64,000 nt of DNA, taken from Balanoglossus misakiensis (Eukaryota > Animalia > Hemichordata). Below, piece by piece: positions 39,901-54,520 of this stretch. The notes beneath the pieces are model-generated. The model searched no databases and was not told the origin of the DNA. It saw nothing but the letters and a program-made list of their open reading frames with translations. The stretch is from NCBI GenBank assembly GCA_040954595.2, contig CM082582.2, positions 1,968,303-2,032,302 on the forward strand, written 5' to 3'. Positions within the stretch are counted from its first letter, which is position 1. The number at the start of each line of letters is the position of its first letter. The position numbers and the translations under genes are program-made.

Positions 39901-42900
39901 TTCAAAACGCTGACAGAGGGAAACGGCTGTTAATGGTGGGATGTCTTCTCACACTGGGCTCTGCGAACATTCAAAACGCTGACAGAGGGAAACGGCTGTT
40001 AATGGTGGGATGTCTTCTCACACCGGGCTCTACGAAGATTCAAAACGCTGACAGAGGGAAACATCTGTTAATGGTGGGATGTCTTCTCACACTGGGCTCT
40101 ACGAACATTCAAAACGCTGACAGAGGGAAACGGTTGTTAATGGCGGGATGTCTTCTCACACCGGGCTCTACGAAGATTCAAACCACTGACAGAACGAAAC
40201 ATCTGTTAATGGCGGGATGTCTTCTCACACTGGGCTCTACGAACATTCAAAACGCTGACAGAGGGAAACGGTTGTTAATGGCGGGATTTCTTCTCACACC
40301 AGGCTCTACGAAGATTCAAAACGCTGACAGAGGGAAACATCTGTTAATGGTGGGATGTCTTCTCACACTGGGCTCTACGAACATTCAAAACGCTGACAGA
40401 AGGAAACATCTGTTAATGGCGGGATGTCTTCTCACACCGGGCTCTACGAACATTCAAAACGCTGACAGAGGGAAACGGCTGTTAATGGTGGGATGTCTTC
40501 TCACACTGGGCTCTACGAAGATTCAAAACGCTGACAGAGGGAAACGGCTGTTAATGGTGGGATGTCTTCTCACACCGGGCTCTCAGAAGATTCAAAACGC
40601 TGACAGAGGGAAACATCTGTTAATGGTTGGATGTCTTCTCACACTGGGCTCTGCGAACATTCAAAACGCTGACAGAGGGAAACGGCTGTTAATGGTGGGA
40701 TGTCTTCTCACACTGGGCTCTACGAACATTCAAAACGCTGACAGAGGGAAACGGTTGTTAATGGCGGGATGTCTTCTCACACCGGGCTCTACGAAGATTC
40801 AAACCACTGACAGAACGAAACATCTGTTAATGGCGGGATGTCTTCTCACACTGGGCTCTACGAACATTCAAAACGCTGACAGAGGGAAACGGTTGTTAAT
40901 GGCGGGATTTCTTCTCACACCAGGCTCTACGAAGATTCAAAACGCTGACAGAGGGAAACATCTGTTAATGGTGGGATGTCTTCTCACACTGGGCTCTACG
41001 AACATTCAAAACGCTGACAGAAGGAAACATCTGTTAATGGCGGGATGTCTTCTCACACCGGGCTCTACGAACATTCAAAACGCTGACAGAGGGAAATGGC
41101 TGTTAATGGTGGGATGTCTTCTCACACTGGGCTCTACGAAGATTCAAAACGCTGACAGAGGGAAACGGCTGTTAATGGTGGGATGTCTTCTCACACCGGG
41201 CTCTCAGAAGATTCAAAACGCTGACAGAGGGAAACATCTGTTAATGGTTGGATGTCTTCTCACACTGGGCTCTGCGAACATTCAAAACGCTGACAGAGGG
41301 AAACGGCTGTTAATGGTGGGATGTCTTCTCACACTGGGCTCTGCGAACATTAAAAACGCTGACAGAGGGAAACGGCTGTTAATGGTGGGATGTCTTCTCA
41401 CACCGGGCTCTACGAAGATTCAAAACGCTGACAGAGGGAAACATCTGTTAATGGTGGGATGTCTTCTCACACTGGGCTCTACGAACATTCAAAACGCTGA
41501 CAGAGGGAAACGGTTGTTAATGGTGGGATGTCTTCTCACACCGGGCTCTCCGAAGATTCAAAACGCTGACAGAGGGAAACATCTGTTAATGGTTGGATGT
41601 CTTCTCACACTGGGCTCTGCGAACATTCAAAACGCTGACAGAGGGAAACGGCTGTTAATGGTGGGATGTCTTCTCACACTGGGCTCTGCGAACATTCAAA
41701 ACGCTGACAGAGGGAAACGGCTGTTAATGGTGGGATGTCTTCTCACACCGGGCTCTACGAAGATTCAAAACGCTGACAGAGGGAAACATCTGTTAATGGT
41801 GGGATGTCTTCTCACACTGGGCTCTACGAACATTCAAAACGCTGACAGAGGGAAACGGTTGTTAATGGCGGGATGTCTTCTCACACCGGGCTCTACGAAG
41901 ATTCAAACCACTGACAGAAGGAAATATCTGTTAATGGCGGGATTTCTTCCCACACTGGGCTCTACGAACATTCAAAACGCTGACAGAAGGAAATGGCTGT
42001 AAATGGCGGGATTTCTTCTCACACTGGGCTCTACGAACATTCAAAACGCTGACAGAAGGAAACGGCTGTTAATGGCGGGATGTCTTCTCACACTGGGCTC
42101 AAAGAACATTCAAAACGCTGACAGAACGAAACAACTGTTAATGGCGGGATGTCTTCTCACACTGGGCTCTACGAAGATTCAAACCGCTGACAGAAGGAAA
42201 CATCTGTTAATGGCGGGATTTCTTCTCACACTGGGCTCTACGAACATTCAAAACGCTGACAGAAGGAAATGGGTGTTAATGGCGGAATTTCTTCTCACAC
42301 TGGGCTCTACGAAGATTCAAACCGCTGACAGAAGGAAACGGCTGTTAATGGCGGGATGTCTTCTCACACTTGGCTCTACGAAGATTCAAACCGCTGACAG
42401 AAGGAAACGGCTGTTAATGGCGTGATGTCTTCTCACACTTGGCTCTACGAACATTCAAAACGCTGACAGAAGGAAACATCTGTTAATGGCGGGATGTCTT
42501 CTCACACTGGGCTCTACGAACATTCAAAACGCTGACAGAGGGAAACGGCTGTTAATGGTGGGATGTCTTCTCACACCCTGCTCTACGAACATTCAAAATG
42601 CTGACAGAGGGAAACGGCTGTTAATGGTGGGATGTCTTCTCACACTGGGCTCTACGAACATTCAAAACGCTGACAGAGGGAAACGGCTGTTAATGGTGGG
42701 ATGTCTTCTCACACTGGGCTCTACGAACATTCAAAACGCTGACAGAGGGAAACATCTGTTAATGGTTGGATGTCTTCTCACACTGGGCTCTACCAACATT
42801 CAAAACGCTGACAGAGGGAAACTGTTGTTAATGGCGGGATGTCTTCTCACACCGGGCTCTACGAAGATTCAAAACGCTGACAGAGGGAAACATCTGTTAA

Positions 42901-45900
42901 TGGTGGGATGTCTTCTCACACTGGGCTCTACGAACATTCAAAACGCTGACAGAGGGCAACGGTTGTTAATGGCGGGATGTCTTCTCACACCGGGCTCTAC
43001 GAAGATTCAAAACGCTGACAGAGGGAAACATCTGTTAATGTTGGGATGTCTTCTCACACTGGGCTCTACGAACATTCAAAACGCTGACAGAAGGAAACAT
43101 CTGTTAATGGCGGGATGTCTTCTCACACCGGGCTCTACGAACATTCAAAACGCTGACAGAGGGAAACGGCTGTTAATGGTGGGATGTCTTCTCACACTGG
43201 GCTCTACGAACATTCAAACCGCTGACAGAAGGAAACGGCTGTTAATGTTGGGATGTCTTCTCACACTGGGCTCTACGAACATTCAAAACGCTGACAGAAG
43301 GAAACATCTGTTAATGGCGGGATGTCTTCTCACACCGGGCTCTACGAACATTCAAAACGCTGACAGAGGGAAACGGCTGTTAATGGTGGGATGTCTTCTC
43401 ACACTGGGCTCTACGAACATTCAAACCGCTGACAGAAGGATACAACTGTTAATGGTGGGATTTCTTCTCACACTGGGCTCTACGAAGATTCAAACCGCTG
43501 ACAGAAGGAAACGGCTGTTAATGGCGGGATGTCTTCTCACACTGGGCTCAAAGAACATTCAAAACGCTGACAGAAGGAAACATCTGTTAATGGCGGGATG
43601 TCTTCTCACACCGGGCTCAAAGAACATTCAAAACGCTGACAGAAGGATACAACTGTTAATGGCGGGATGTCTTCTCACACCGGGCTCAAAGAACATTCAA
43701 AACGCTGACAGAAGGAAACAGCTGTTAATGGCGGGATGTCTTCTCACACTGGGCTCTACGAAGATTGAAACCGCTGACAGAAGGAAATGGCTGTTAATGG
43801 CGGGATTTCTTCTCACACTGGGCTCTACGAAGATTCAAAACGCTGACAGAAGGAAACATCTGTTAATGGCGGGATGTCTTCTCACACTGGGCTCAAAGAA
43901 CATTCAAAACGCTGACAGAAGGAAACATCTGTTAATGGCGGGATGTCTTCTCACACTGGGCTCTACGAAGATTGAAACCGATGACAGAAGGAAATGGCTG
44001 TTAATGGCGGGATTTCTTCTCACACTGGGCTCTACGAAGATTCAAAACGCTGACAGAAGGAAACGGCTGTTAATGGCGGGATGTCTTCTCACACTGGGCT
44101 CAAAGAACATTCAAAACGCTGACAGAACGAAACATCTGTTAATGGCGGGATGTCTTCTCACACTGGGCTCAAAGAACATTCAAAACGCTGACAGAAGGAT
44201 ACAACTGTTAATGGCGGGAAGTCTTCTCACACCGGGCTCAAAGAACATTCAAAACGCTGACAGAAGGAAACAGCTGTTAATGGCGGGATGTCTTCTCACA
44301 CTGGGCTCTACGAAGATTGAAACCGCTGACAGAAGGAAATGGCTGTTAATGGCGGGATTTCTTCTCACACTGGGCTCTACGAAGATTCAAAACGCTGACA
44401 GAAGGAAACATCTGTTAATGGCGGGATGTCTTCTCACACTGGGCTCAAAGAACATTCAAAACGCTGACAGAAGGAAACATCTGTTAATGGCGGGATGTCT
44501 TCTCACACTGGGCTCTATGAAGATTGAAACAGATGACAGAAGGAAGTGGCTGTTAATGGCGGGATTTCTTCTCACACTGGGCTCTACGAAGATTCAAAAC
44601 GCTGACAGAAGGAAACGGCTGTTAATGGCGGGATGTCTTCTCACACTGGGCTCAAAGAACATTCAAAACGCTGACAGAACGAAACATCTGTTAATGGCGG
44701 GATGTCTTCTCACACTGGGCTCTACGAAGATTCAAACCGCTGACAGAAGGAAACATCTGTTAATGGTGGGATGTCTTCTCACACCGGGCTCTACGAAGAT
44801 TCAAACCGCTGACAGAAGGAAACATCTGTTAATGGCGGGATTTCTTCTCACACTGGGCTCTACGAACATTCAAAACGCTGACAGAAGGAAATGGCTGTTA
44901 ATGGCGGGATTTCTTCTCACACTGGGCTCTACGAAGATTCAAAACGCTGACTGAAGGAAATGGCTGTTAATGGCGGGATGTCTTCTCACACTGGGCTCAA
45001 AGAACATTCAAAACGCTGACAGAACGAAACATCTGTTAATGGCGGGATGTCTTCTCACACTGGGCTCTACGAAGATTCAAACCACTGACAGAAGGAAACA
45101 TCTGTTAATGGCGGGATTTCTTCTCACACTGGGCTCTACGAACATTCAAAATGCTGACAGAAGGAAATGGCTGTTAATGGCGGGATTTCTTCTAACACTG
45201 GGCTCTACGAACATTCAAAACGCTGACAGAAGGAAACGGCTGTTAATGGCGGGATGTCTTCTCACACTGGGCTCAAAGAACATTCAAAACGCTGACAGAA
45301 CGAAACGCCTGTTAATGGCGGGATGTCTTCTCACACTGGGCTCTACGAAGATTCAAAACGCTGACAGAAGGAAATGGCTGTTAATGGCGGGATTTCTTCT
45401 CACAATGGGCTCTACGAAGATTCAAACCGCTGACAGAAGGAAACGGCTGTTAATGGCGGGATGTCTTCTCACACTTGGCTCTACGAAGATTCAAACCGCT
45501 GACAGAAGGAAACGGCTGTTAATGGCGGGATGTCTTCTCACACTTGGCTCTACGAACATTCAAAACGCTGACAGAAGGAAACATCTGTTAATGGCGGGAT
45601 GTCTTCTCACACTGGGCTCTACGAACATTCAAAACGCTGACAGAGGGAAACGGCTGTTAATGGTGGGATGTCTTCTCACACCGGGCTCTACGAACATTCA
45701 AAACGCTGACAGAGGGAAACGGCTGTTAATGGTGGGATGTCTTCTCACACTGGGCTCTACGAACATTCAAAACGCTGACAGAGGGAAACGGCTGTTAATG
45801 GTGGGATGTCTTCTCACACTGGGCTCAACGAACATTCAAAACGCTGACAGAGGGAAACATATGTTAATGGTTGGATGTCTTCTCACACTGGGCTCTACGA

Positions 45901-48900
45901 ACATTCAAAATGCTGACAGAGGGTAACGGCTGTTAATGGCGGGATGTCTTCTCACACCGGGCTCTACGAAGATTCAAAACGCTGACAGAACGAAACATCT
46001 GTTAATGGCGGGATGTCTTCTCACACTGGGCTCTACGAACATTCAAAACGCTGACAGAGGGAAACATCTGTTAATGGCGGGATGACTTCTCACACCGGGC
46101 TCTATGAACATTCAAAACGCTGACAGAGGGAAACGGCTGTTAATGGTGGGATGTCTTCTCACACTGGGCTCTACGAAGATTCAAAATGCTGACAGAGGGA
46201 AACGGCTGTTAATGGTGGGATGTCTTCTCACACCGGGCTCTCCGAAGATTCAAAATGCTGACAGAGGGAAACATCTGTTAATGGTGGGATGTCTTCTCAC
46301 ACTGGGCTCTGCGAACATTCAAAACGCTGACAGAGGGAAACGGCTGTTAATGGTGGGATGTCTTCTCACACTGGGCTCTGCGAACATTCAAAACGCTGAC
46401 AGAGGGAAACGGCTGTTAATGGTGGGATGTCTTCTCACACCGGGCTCTACGAAGATTCAAAACGCTGACAGAGGGAAACATCTGTTAATGGTGGGATGTC
46501 TTCTCACACTGGGCTCTACGAACATTCAAAACGCTGACAGAGGTAAACGGTTGTTAATGGCGGGATGTCTTCTCACACCGGGCTCTACGAAGATTCAAAA
46601 CGCTGACAGAACGAAACATCTGTTAATGGCGGGATGTCTTCTCACACTGGGCTCTACGAACATTCAAAACGCTGACAGAAGGAAATGGCTGTTAATGGCG
46701 GGATTTCTTCTCACACTGGGCTCTACGAAGATTCAAAACGCTGACTGAAGGAAATGGCTGTTAATGGCGGGATGTCTTCTCACACTGGGCTCAAAGAACA
46801 TTCAAAACGCTGACAGAACGAAACATCTGTTAATGGCGGGATGTCTTCTCACACTGGGCTCTACGAAGATTCAAACCACTGACAGAAGGAAACATCTGTT
46901 AATGGCGGGATTTCTTCTCACACTGGGCTCTACGAACATTCAAAATGCTGACAGAAGGAAATGGCTGTTAATGGCGGGATTTCTTCTCACACTGGGCTCT
47001 ACGAACATTCAAAACGCTGACAGAAGGAAACGGCTGTTAATGGCGGGATGTCTTCTCACACTGGGCTCAAAGAACATTCAAAACGCTGACAGAACGAAAC
47101 ATCTGTTAATGGCGGGATGTCTTCTCACACTGGGCTCTACGAAGATTCAAAACGCTGACAGAAGGAAATGGCTGTTAATGGCGGGATTTCTTCTCACAAT
47201 GGGCTCTACGAAGATTCAAACCGCTGACAGAAGGAAACGGCTGTTAATGGCGGGATGTCTTCTCACACTGGGCTCTACGAAGATTGAAACCGCTGACAGA
47301 AGGAAATGGCTGTTAATGGCGGGATTTCTTCTCACACTGGGCTCTACGAAGATTCAAAACGCTGACAGAAGGAAACATTTGTTAATGGCGGGATGTCTTC
47401 TCACACTGGGCTCAAAGAACATTCAAAACGCTGACAGAAGGAAACATCTGTTAATGGCGGGATGTCTTCTCACACTGGGCTCTACGAAGATTGAAACAGA
47501 TGACAGAAGGAAATGGCTGTTAATGGCGGGATTTCTTCTCACACTGGGCTCTACGAAGATTCAAAACGCTGACAGAAGGAAACGGCTGTTAATGGCGGGA
47601 TGTCTTCTCACACTGGGCTCAAAGAACATTCAAAACGCTGACAGAACGAAACATCTGTTAATGGCGGGATGTCTTCTCACACTGGGCTCTACGAAGATTC
47701 AAACCGCTGACAGAAGGAAACATCTGTTAATGGTGGGATGTCTTCTCACACCGGGCTCTACGAAGATTCAAACCGCTGACAGAAGGAAACATCTGTTAAT
47801 GGCGGGATTTCTTCTCACACTGGGCTCTACGAACATTCAAAACGCTGACAGAAGGAAATGGCTGTTAATGGCGGGATTTCTTCTCACACTGGGCTCTACG
47901 AAGATTCAAAACGCTGACTGAAGGAAATGGCTGTTAATGGCGGGATGTCTTCTCACACTGGGCTCAAAGAACATTCAAAACGCTGACAGAACGAAACATC
48001 TGTTAATGGCGGGATGTCTTCTCACACTGGGCTCTACGAAGATTCAAACCACTGACAGAAGGAAACATCTGTTAATGGCGGGATTTCTTCTCACACTGGG
48101 CTCTACGAACATTCAAAATGCTGACAGAAGGAAATGGCTGTTAATGGCGGGATTTCTTCTCACACTGGGCTCTACGAACATTCAAAACGCTGACAGAAGG
48201 AAACGGCTGTTAAAGGCGGGATGTCTTCTCACACTGGGCTCAAAGAACATTCAAAACGCTGACAGAAGGAAATGGCTGTTAATGGCGGGATTTCTTCTCA
48301 CAATGGGCTCTACGAAGATTCAAACCGCTGACAGAAGGAAACGGCTGTTAATGGCGGGATGTCTTCTCACACTTGGCTCTACGAAGATTCAAACCGCTGA
48401 CAGAAGGAAACGGCTGTTAATGGCGGGATGTCTTCTCACACTTGGCTCTACGAACATTCAAAACGCTGACAGAAGGAAACATCTGTTAATGGCGGGATGT
48501 CTTCTAACACTGGGCTCTACGAACATTCAAAACGCTGACAGAGGGAAACGGCTGTTAATGGTGGGATGTCTTCTCACACCGGGCTCTACGAACATTCAAA
48601 ACGCTGACAGAGGGAAACGGCTGTTAATGGTGGGATGTCTTCTCACACTGGGCTCTACGAACATTCAAAACGCTGACAGAGGGAAACGGCTGTAATTGGT
48701 GGGATGTCTTCTCACACTGGGCTCAACGAACATTCAAAACGCTGACAGAGGGAAACATATGTTAATGGTTGGATGTCTTCTCACACTGGGCTCTACGAAC
48801 ATTCAAAACGCTGACAGAGGGAAACGGCTGTTAATGGCGGAATGTCTTCTCACACCGGGCTCTACGAAGATTCAAAACGCTGACAGAACGAAACATCTGT

Positions 48901-51900
48901 TAATGGCGGGATGTCTTCTCACACTGGGCTCTACGAACATTCAAAACGCTGACAGAGGGAAACATCTGTTAATGGCGGGATGACTTCTCACACCGGGCTC
49001 TATGAACATTCAAAACGCTGACAGAGGGAAACGGCTGTTAATGGTGGGATGTCTTCTCACACTGGGCTCTACGAAGATTCAAAATGCTGACAGAGGGAAA
49101 CGGCTGTTAATGGTGGGATGTCTTCTCACACCGGGCTCTCCGAAGATTCAAAATGCTGACAGAGGGAAACATCTGTTAATGGTGGGATGTCTTCTCACAC
49201 TGGGCTCTGCGAACATTCAAAACGCTGACAGAGGGAAACGGCTGTTAATGGTGGGATGTCTTCTCACACTGGGCTCTGCGAACATTCAAAACGCTGACAG
49301 AGGGAAACGGCTGTTAATGGTGGGATGTCTTCTCACACCGGGCTCTACGAAGATTCAAAACGCTGACAGAGGGAAACATCTGTTAATGGTGGGATGTCTT
49401 CTCACACTGGGCTCTACGAACATTCAAAACGCTGACAGAGGGAAACGGTTGTTAATGGCGGGATGTCTTCTCACACCGGGCAATACGAAGATTCAAAACG
49501 CTGACAGAGGGAAACATCTGTTAATGGTGGGATGTCTTCTCACACCGGGCTCTACGAACATTCAAAACGCTGACAGAGGTAAACGGTTGTTAATGGCGGG
49601 ATGTCTTCTCACACCGGGCTCTACGAAGATTCAAAACGCTGACAGAACGAAACATCTGTTAATGGCGGGATATCTTCTCACACTGGGCTCTACGAACATT
49701 CAAAACGCTGACAGAAGGAAATGGATGTTAATGGCGGGATTTCTTCTCACACTGGGCTCTACGAAGATTCAAAACGCTGACTGAAGGAAATGGCTGTTAA
49801 TGGCGGGATGTCTTCTCACACTGGGCTCAAAGAACATTCAAAACGCTGACAGAACGAAACATCTGTTAATGGCGGGATGTCTTCTCACACTGGGCTCTAC
49901 GAAGATTCAAACCACTGACAGAAGGAAACATCTGTTAATGGCGGGATTTCTTCTCACACTGGGCTCTACGAACATTCAAAATGCTGACAGAAGGAAATGG
50001 CTGTTAATGGCGGGATTTCTTCTCACACTGGGCTCTACGAAGATTCAAAACGCTGACAGAAGGAAATGGCTGTTAATGGCGGGATTTCTTCTCACAATGG
50101 GCTCTACGAAGATTCAAACCGCTGACAGAAGGAAACGGCTGTTAATGGCGGGATGTCTTCTCACACTTGGCTCTACGAAGATTCAAACCGCTGACAGAAG
50201 GAAACGGCTGTTAATGGCGGGATGTCTTCTCACACTTGGCTCTACGAACATTCAAAACGCTGACAGAAGGAAACATCTGTTAATGGCGGGATGTCTTCTC
50301 ACACTGGGCTCTACGAACATTCAAAACGCTGACAGAGCTAAACGGCTGTTAATGGTGGGATGTCTTCTCACACCGGGCTCTACGAACATTCAAAACGCTG
50401 ACAGAGGGAAACGGCTGTTAATGGTGGGATGTCTTCTCACACTGGGCTCTACGAACATTCAAAACGCTGACAGAGGGAAACGGCTGTTAATGGTGGGATG
50501 TCTTCTCACACTGGGCTCTACGAACATTCAAAACGCTGACAGAGGGAAACATATGTTAATGGTTGGATGTCTTCTCACACTGGGCTCTACGAACATTCAA
50601 AACGCTGACAGAGGGAAACGGCTGTTAATGGCGGGATGTCTTCTCACACCGGGCTCTACGAAGATTCAAAACGCTGACAGAACGAAACATCTGTTAATGG
50701 CGGGATGTCTTCTCACACTGGGCCCTACGAACATTCAAAACGCTGACAGAGGGAAACATCTGTTAATGGCGGGATGACTTCTCACACCGGGCTCTATGAA
50801 CATTCAAAACGCTGACAGAGGGAAACGGCTGTTAATGGTGGGATGTCTTCTCACACTGGGCTCTACGAAGATTCAAAATGCTGACAGAGGGAAACGGCTG
50901 TTAATGGTGGGATGTCTTCTCACACCGGGCTCTCCGAAGATTCAAAATGCTGACAGAGGGAAACATCTGTTAATGGTGGGATGTCTTCTCACACTGGGCT
51001 CTGCGAACATTCAAAACGCTGACAGAGGGAAACGGCTGTTAATGGTGGGATGTCTTCTCACACTGGGCTCTGCGAACATTCAAAACGCTGACAGAGGGAA
51101 ACGGCTGTTAATGGTGGGATGTCTTCTCACACCGGGCTCTACGAAGATTCAAAACGCTGACAGAGGGAAACATCTGTTAATGGTGGGATGTCTTCTCACA
51201 CTGGGCTCTACGAACATTCAAAACGCTGACAGAGGGAAACGGTTGTTAATGGCGGGATGTCTTCTCACACCGGGCTCTACGAAGATTCAAAACGCTGACA
51301 GAGGGAAACATCTGTTAATGGTGGGATGTCTTCTCACACTGGGCTCTACGAACATTCAAAACGCTGACAGAGGTAAACGGTTGTTAATGGCGGGATGTCT
51401 TCTCACACCGGGCTCTACGAAGATTCAAAACGCTGACAGAACGAAACATCTGTTAATGGCGGGATGTCTTCTCACACTGGGCTCTACGAAGATTCAAACC
51501 ACTGACAGAAGGAAACATCTGTTAATGGCGGGATTTCTTCTCACACTGGGCTCTACGAACATTCAAAATGCTGACAGAAGGAAACGGCTGTTAATGGCGG
51601 GATGTCTTCTCACACTTGGCTCTACGAACATTCAAAACGCTGACAGAAGGAAACATCTGTTAATGGCGGGATGTCTTTTCACACTGGGCTCTACGAACAT
51701 TCAAAACGCTGACAGAGGGAAACGGCTGTTAATGGTGGGATGTCTTCTCACACCGGGCTCTACGAACATTCAAAACGCTGACAGAGGGAAACGGCTGTTA
51801 ATGGTGGGATGTCTTCTCACACTGGGCTCTACGAACATTCAAAACGCTGACAGAGGGAAACATATGTTAATGGTTGGATGTCTTCTCTCACTGGGCTCTA

Positions 51901-54319
51901 CGAACATTCAAAACGCTGACAGAACGAAACATCTGTTAATGGCGGGATGTCTTCTCACACTGGGCTCTACGAACATTCAAAACGCTGACAGAGGGAAACG
52001 GTTGTTAATGGCGGGATTTCTTCTCACACCGGGCTCTACGAAGATTCAAAACGCTGACACATGGAAACATCTGTTAATGGTGGGATGTCTTCTCACACTT
52101 GGCTCTACGAACATTCAAAACGCTGACAGAGGGAAACGGCTGTTAATGGTGGGATGTCTTCTCACACTGGGCTCTACGAACATTCAAAACGCTGACAGAG
52201 GGAAACGGCTGTTAATGGTGGGATGTCTTCTCACACCGGGCTCTCCGAAGATTCAAAACGCTGACAGAGGGAAACATCTGTTAATGGTGGGATGTCTTCT
52301 CACACTTGGCTCTGCGAACATTCAAAACGCTGACAGAGGGAAACGGCTGTTAATGGTGGGATGTCTTCTCACACTGGGCTCTGCGAACATTCAAAACGCT
52401 GACAGAGGGAAACGGCTGTTAATGGTGGGATGTCTTCTCACACTGGGGTCTACGAACATTCAAAACGCTGACAGAAGGAAACATCTGTTAATGGCGGGAT
52501 GTCTTCTCACACTGGGCTCTACGAACATTCAAAACGGTGACAGAGGGAAACATCTGTTAATGGTGGGATGTCTTCTCACACTTGGCTCTGCGAACATTCA
52601 AAACGCTGACAGAGGGAAACGACTGTAAATGGTGGGATGTCTTCTCACACCGGGCTCTACGAAGATTCAAAACGCTGACAGAGGGAAACATCTGTTAATG
52701 GTGGGATGTCTTCTCACACTGGGATCTACGAACATTCAAAACGCTGACAGAGGGAAACGGTTGTTAATGGCGGGATGTCTTCTCACACCGGGCTCTACGA
52801 AGATTCAAAACGCTGACAGAGGGAAACATCTGTTAATGGTGGGATGTCTTCTCACACTTGGCTCTACGAACATTCAAAACGCTGACAGAGGGAAACGGCT
52901 GTTAGTGGTGGGATGTCTTCTCACACTGGGCTCTACGAACATTCAAAACGCTGACAGAGGGAAACGGCTGTTAATGGTGGGATGTCTTCTCACACCGGGC
53001 TCTCCGAAGATTCAAAACGCTGACAGAGGGAAACATCTGTTAATGGTGGGATGTCTTCTCACACTTGGCTCTGCGAACATTCAAAACGCTGACAGAGGGA
53101 AACGGCTGTTAATGGTGGGATGTCTTCTCACACTGGGCTCTGCGAACATTCAAAACGCTGACAGAAGGAAACATCTGTTAATGGCGGGATGTCTTCTCAC
53201 ACTGGGCTCTACGAACATTCAAAACGGTGACAGAGGGAAACATCTGTTAATGGTGGGATGTCTTCTCACACTTGGCTCTGCGAACATTCAAAACGCTGAC
53301 AGAGGGAAACGACTGTTAATGGTGGGATGTCTTCTCACACCGGGCTCTACGAAGATTCAAAACGCTGACAGAGGGAAACATCTGTTAATGGTGGAATGTC
53401 TTCTCACACTGGGCTCTACGAACATTCAAAACGCTGACAGAGGGAAACGGTTGTCAAGGCGGGATGTCTTCTCACACCGGGCTCTACGAAGATTCAAAAC
53501 GCTGACAGAGGGAAACATCTGTTAATGGTGGGATGTCTTCTCACACTGGGCTCTACGAACATTCAAAACGCTGACAGAGGGAAACGGTTGTTAATGGCGG
53601 GATGTCTTCTCACACCGGGCTCTACGAAGATTCAAAACGCTGACAGAGGGAAACATCTGTTAATGGTGGGATGTCTTCTCACACTGGGCTCTACGAACAT
53701 TCAAAACGCTGACAGAGGGAAACGGCTGTTAATGGTGGGATGTCTTCTCACACTGGGCTCTACGAAGATTCAAAACGCTGACAGAGGGAAACGGCTGTTA
53801 ATGGTGGGATGTCTTCTCACACCGGGCTCTACGAAGATTCAAAACGCTGACAGAGGGAAACATCTGTTAATGGTGGGATGTCATCTCACACTGGGCTCTA
53901 CGAACATTCAAAACGCTGACAGAGGGAAATGGTTGTTAATGGTGGGATGTCTTCTCACACCGGGCTCTACGAACATTCAAAACGCTGACAGAGGGAAACG
54001 GTTGTTAATGGCGGGATGTCTTCTCACACTGGGCTCTACGAAGATTCAAACCGCTGACTGAAGGAAACGGCTGTTAATGGCGGGATTTCTTCTCACACTG
54101 GGCTCTACGAACATTCAAAAACGCTGACAGAAGGAAACGGCTGTTAATGGCGGGATGTCTTCTCACACTGGGCTCAAAGAACATTCAAAACGCTGACAGA
54201 AGGAAACATCTGTTAATGGCGGGATGTCTTCTCACACTGGGCTCTACGAAGATTCAAACCGCTGACAGAAGGAAACGGCTGTTAATGGCGGGATTTCTTC
54301 TCACACTGGGCTCTACGAA
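33922..54319. repeat. 69-bp satellite array, right block, ending abruptly at ...GGGCTCTACGAA
   Basis: About 295 monomers in the same orientation; the last monomer is cut mid-unit at 54319. Confidence 0.98.
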
Positions 54320-54520
54320 AATCATGAAAATCACCCCAAAATGAAAATTTTTCGCCTTTGCGAAAGTTCAAAATTTCTTCATTTTTTTGAAAAAATCATA
54401 GGTCATAAAAATCACCCAAAAATAACAATTTTTCGACTTTGCGAAATTTCAACATCTCTTCACATTTTTGAAAAAAAAAAAATTGTGGGTTTTATCTCTT
54501 GAAAATCATCCAAAAATAAA
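54320..54520 (-). repeat. About 2.5 diverged units of the AT-rich satellite family, inverted relative to 54521-55967
   Basis: Contains TTTTTCGACTTTGCGAAA and AAAATCATAGGTCA, reverse complements of motifs in the 88-bp unit. Confidence 0.8.

Noticed and set aside
1-54319. CRISPR array
   Set aside because: No unique spacers (the whole unit repeats), no cas genes, and the context is eukaryotic.
61-54344. Very long 23-aa-repeat ORFs (up to 1120 aa) as a giant repetitive or ankyrin-like protein
   Set aside because: 69 is a multiple of 3 and one frame happens to lack a stop. The common variants are nearly all non-synonymous (V/A, F/C, L/P, N/K, R/G, H/R/Q/W), and stops and frameshifts are propagated by duplication. 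The period is 23 rather than 33 aa, and there are no unique N- or C-terminal domains.
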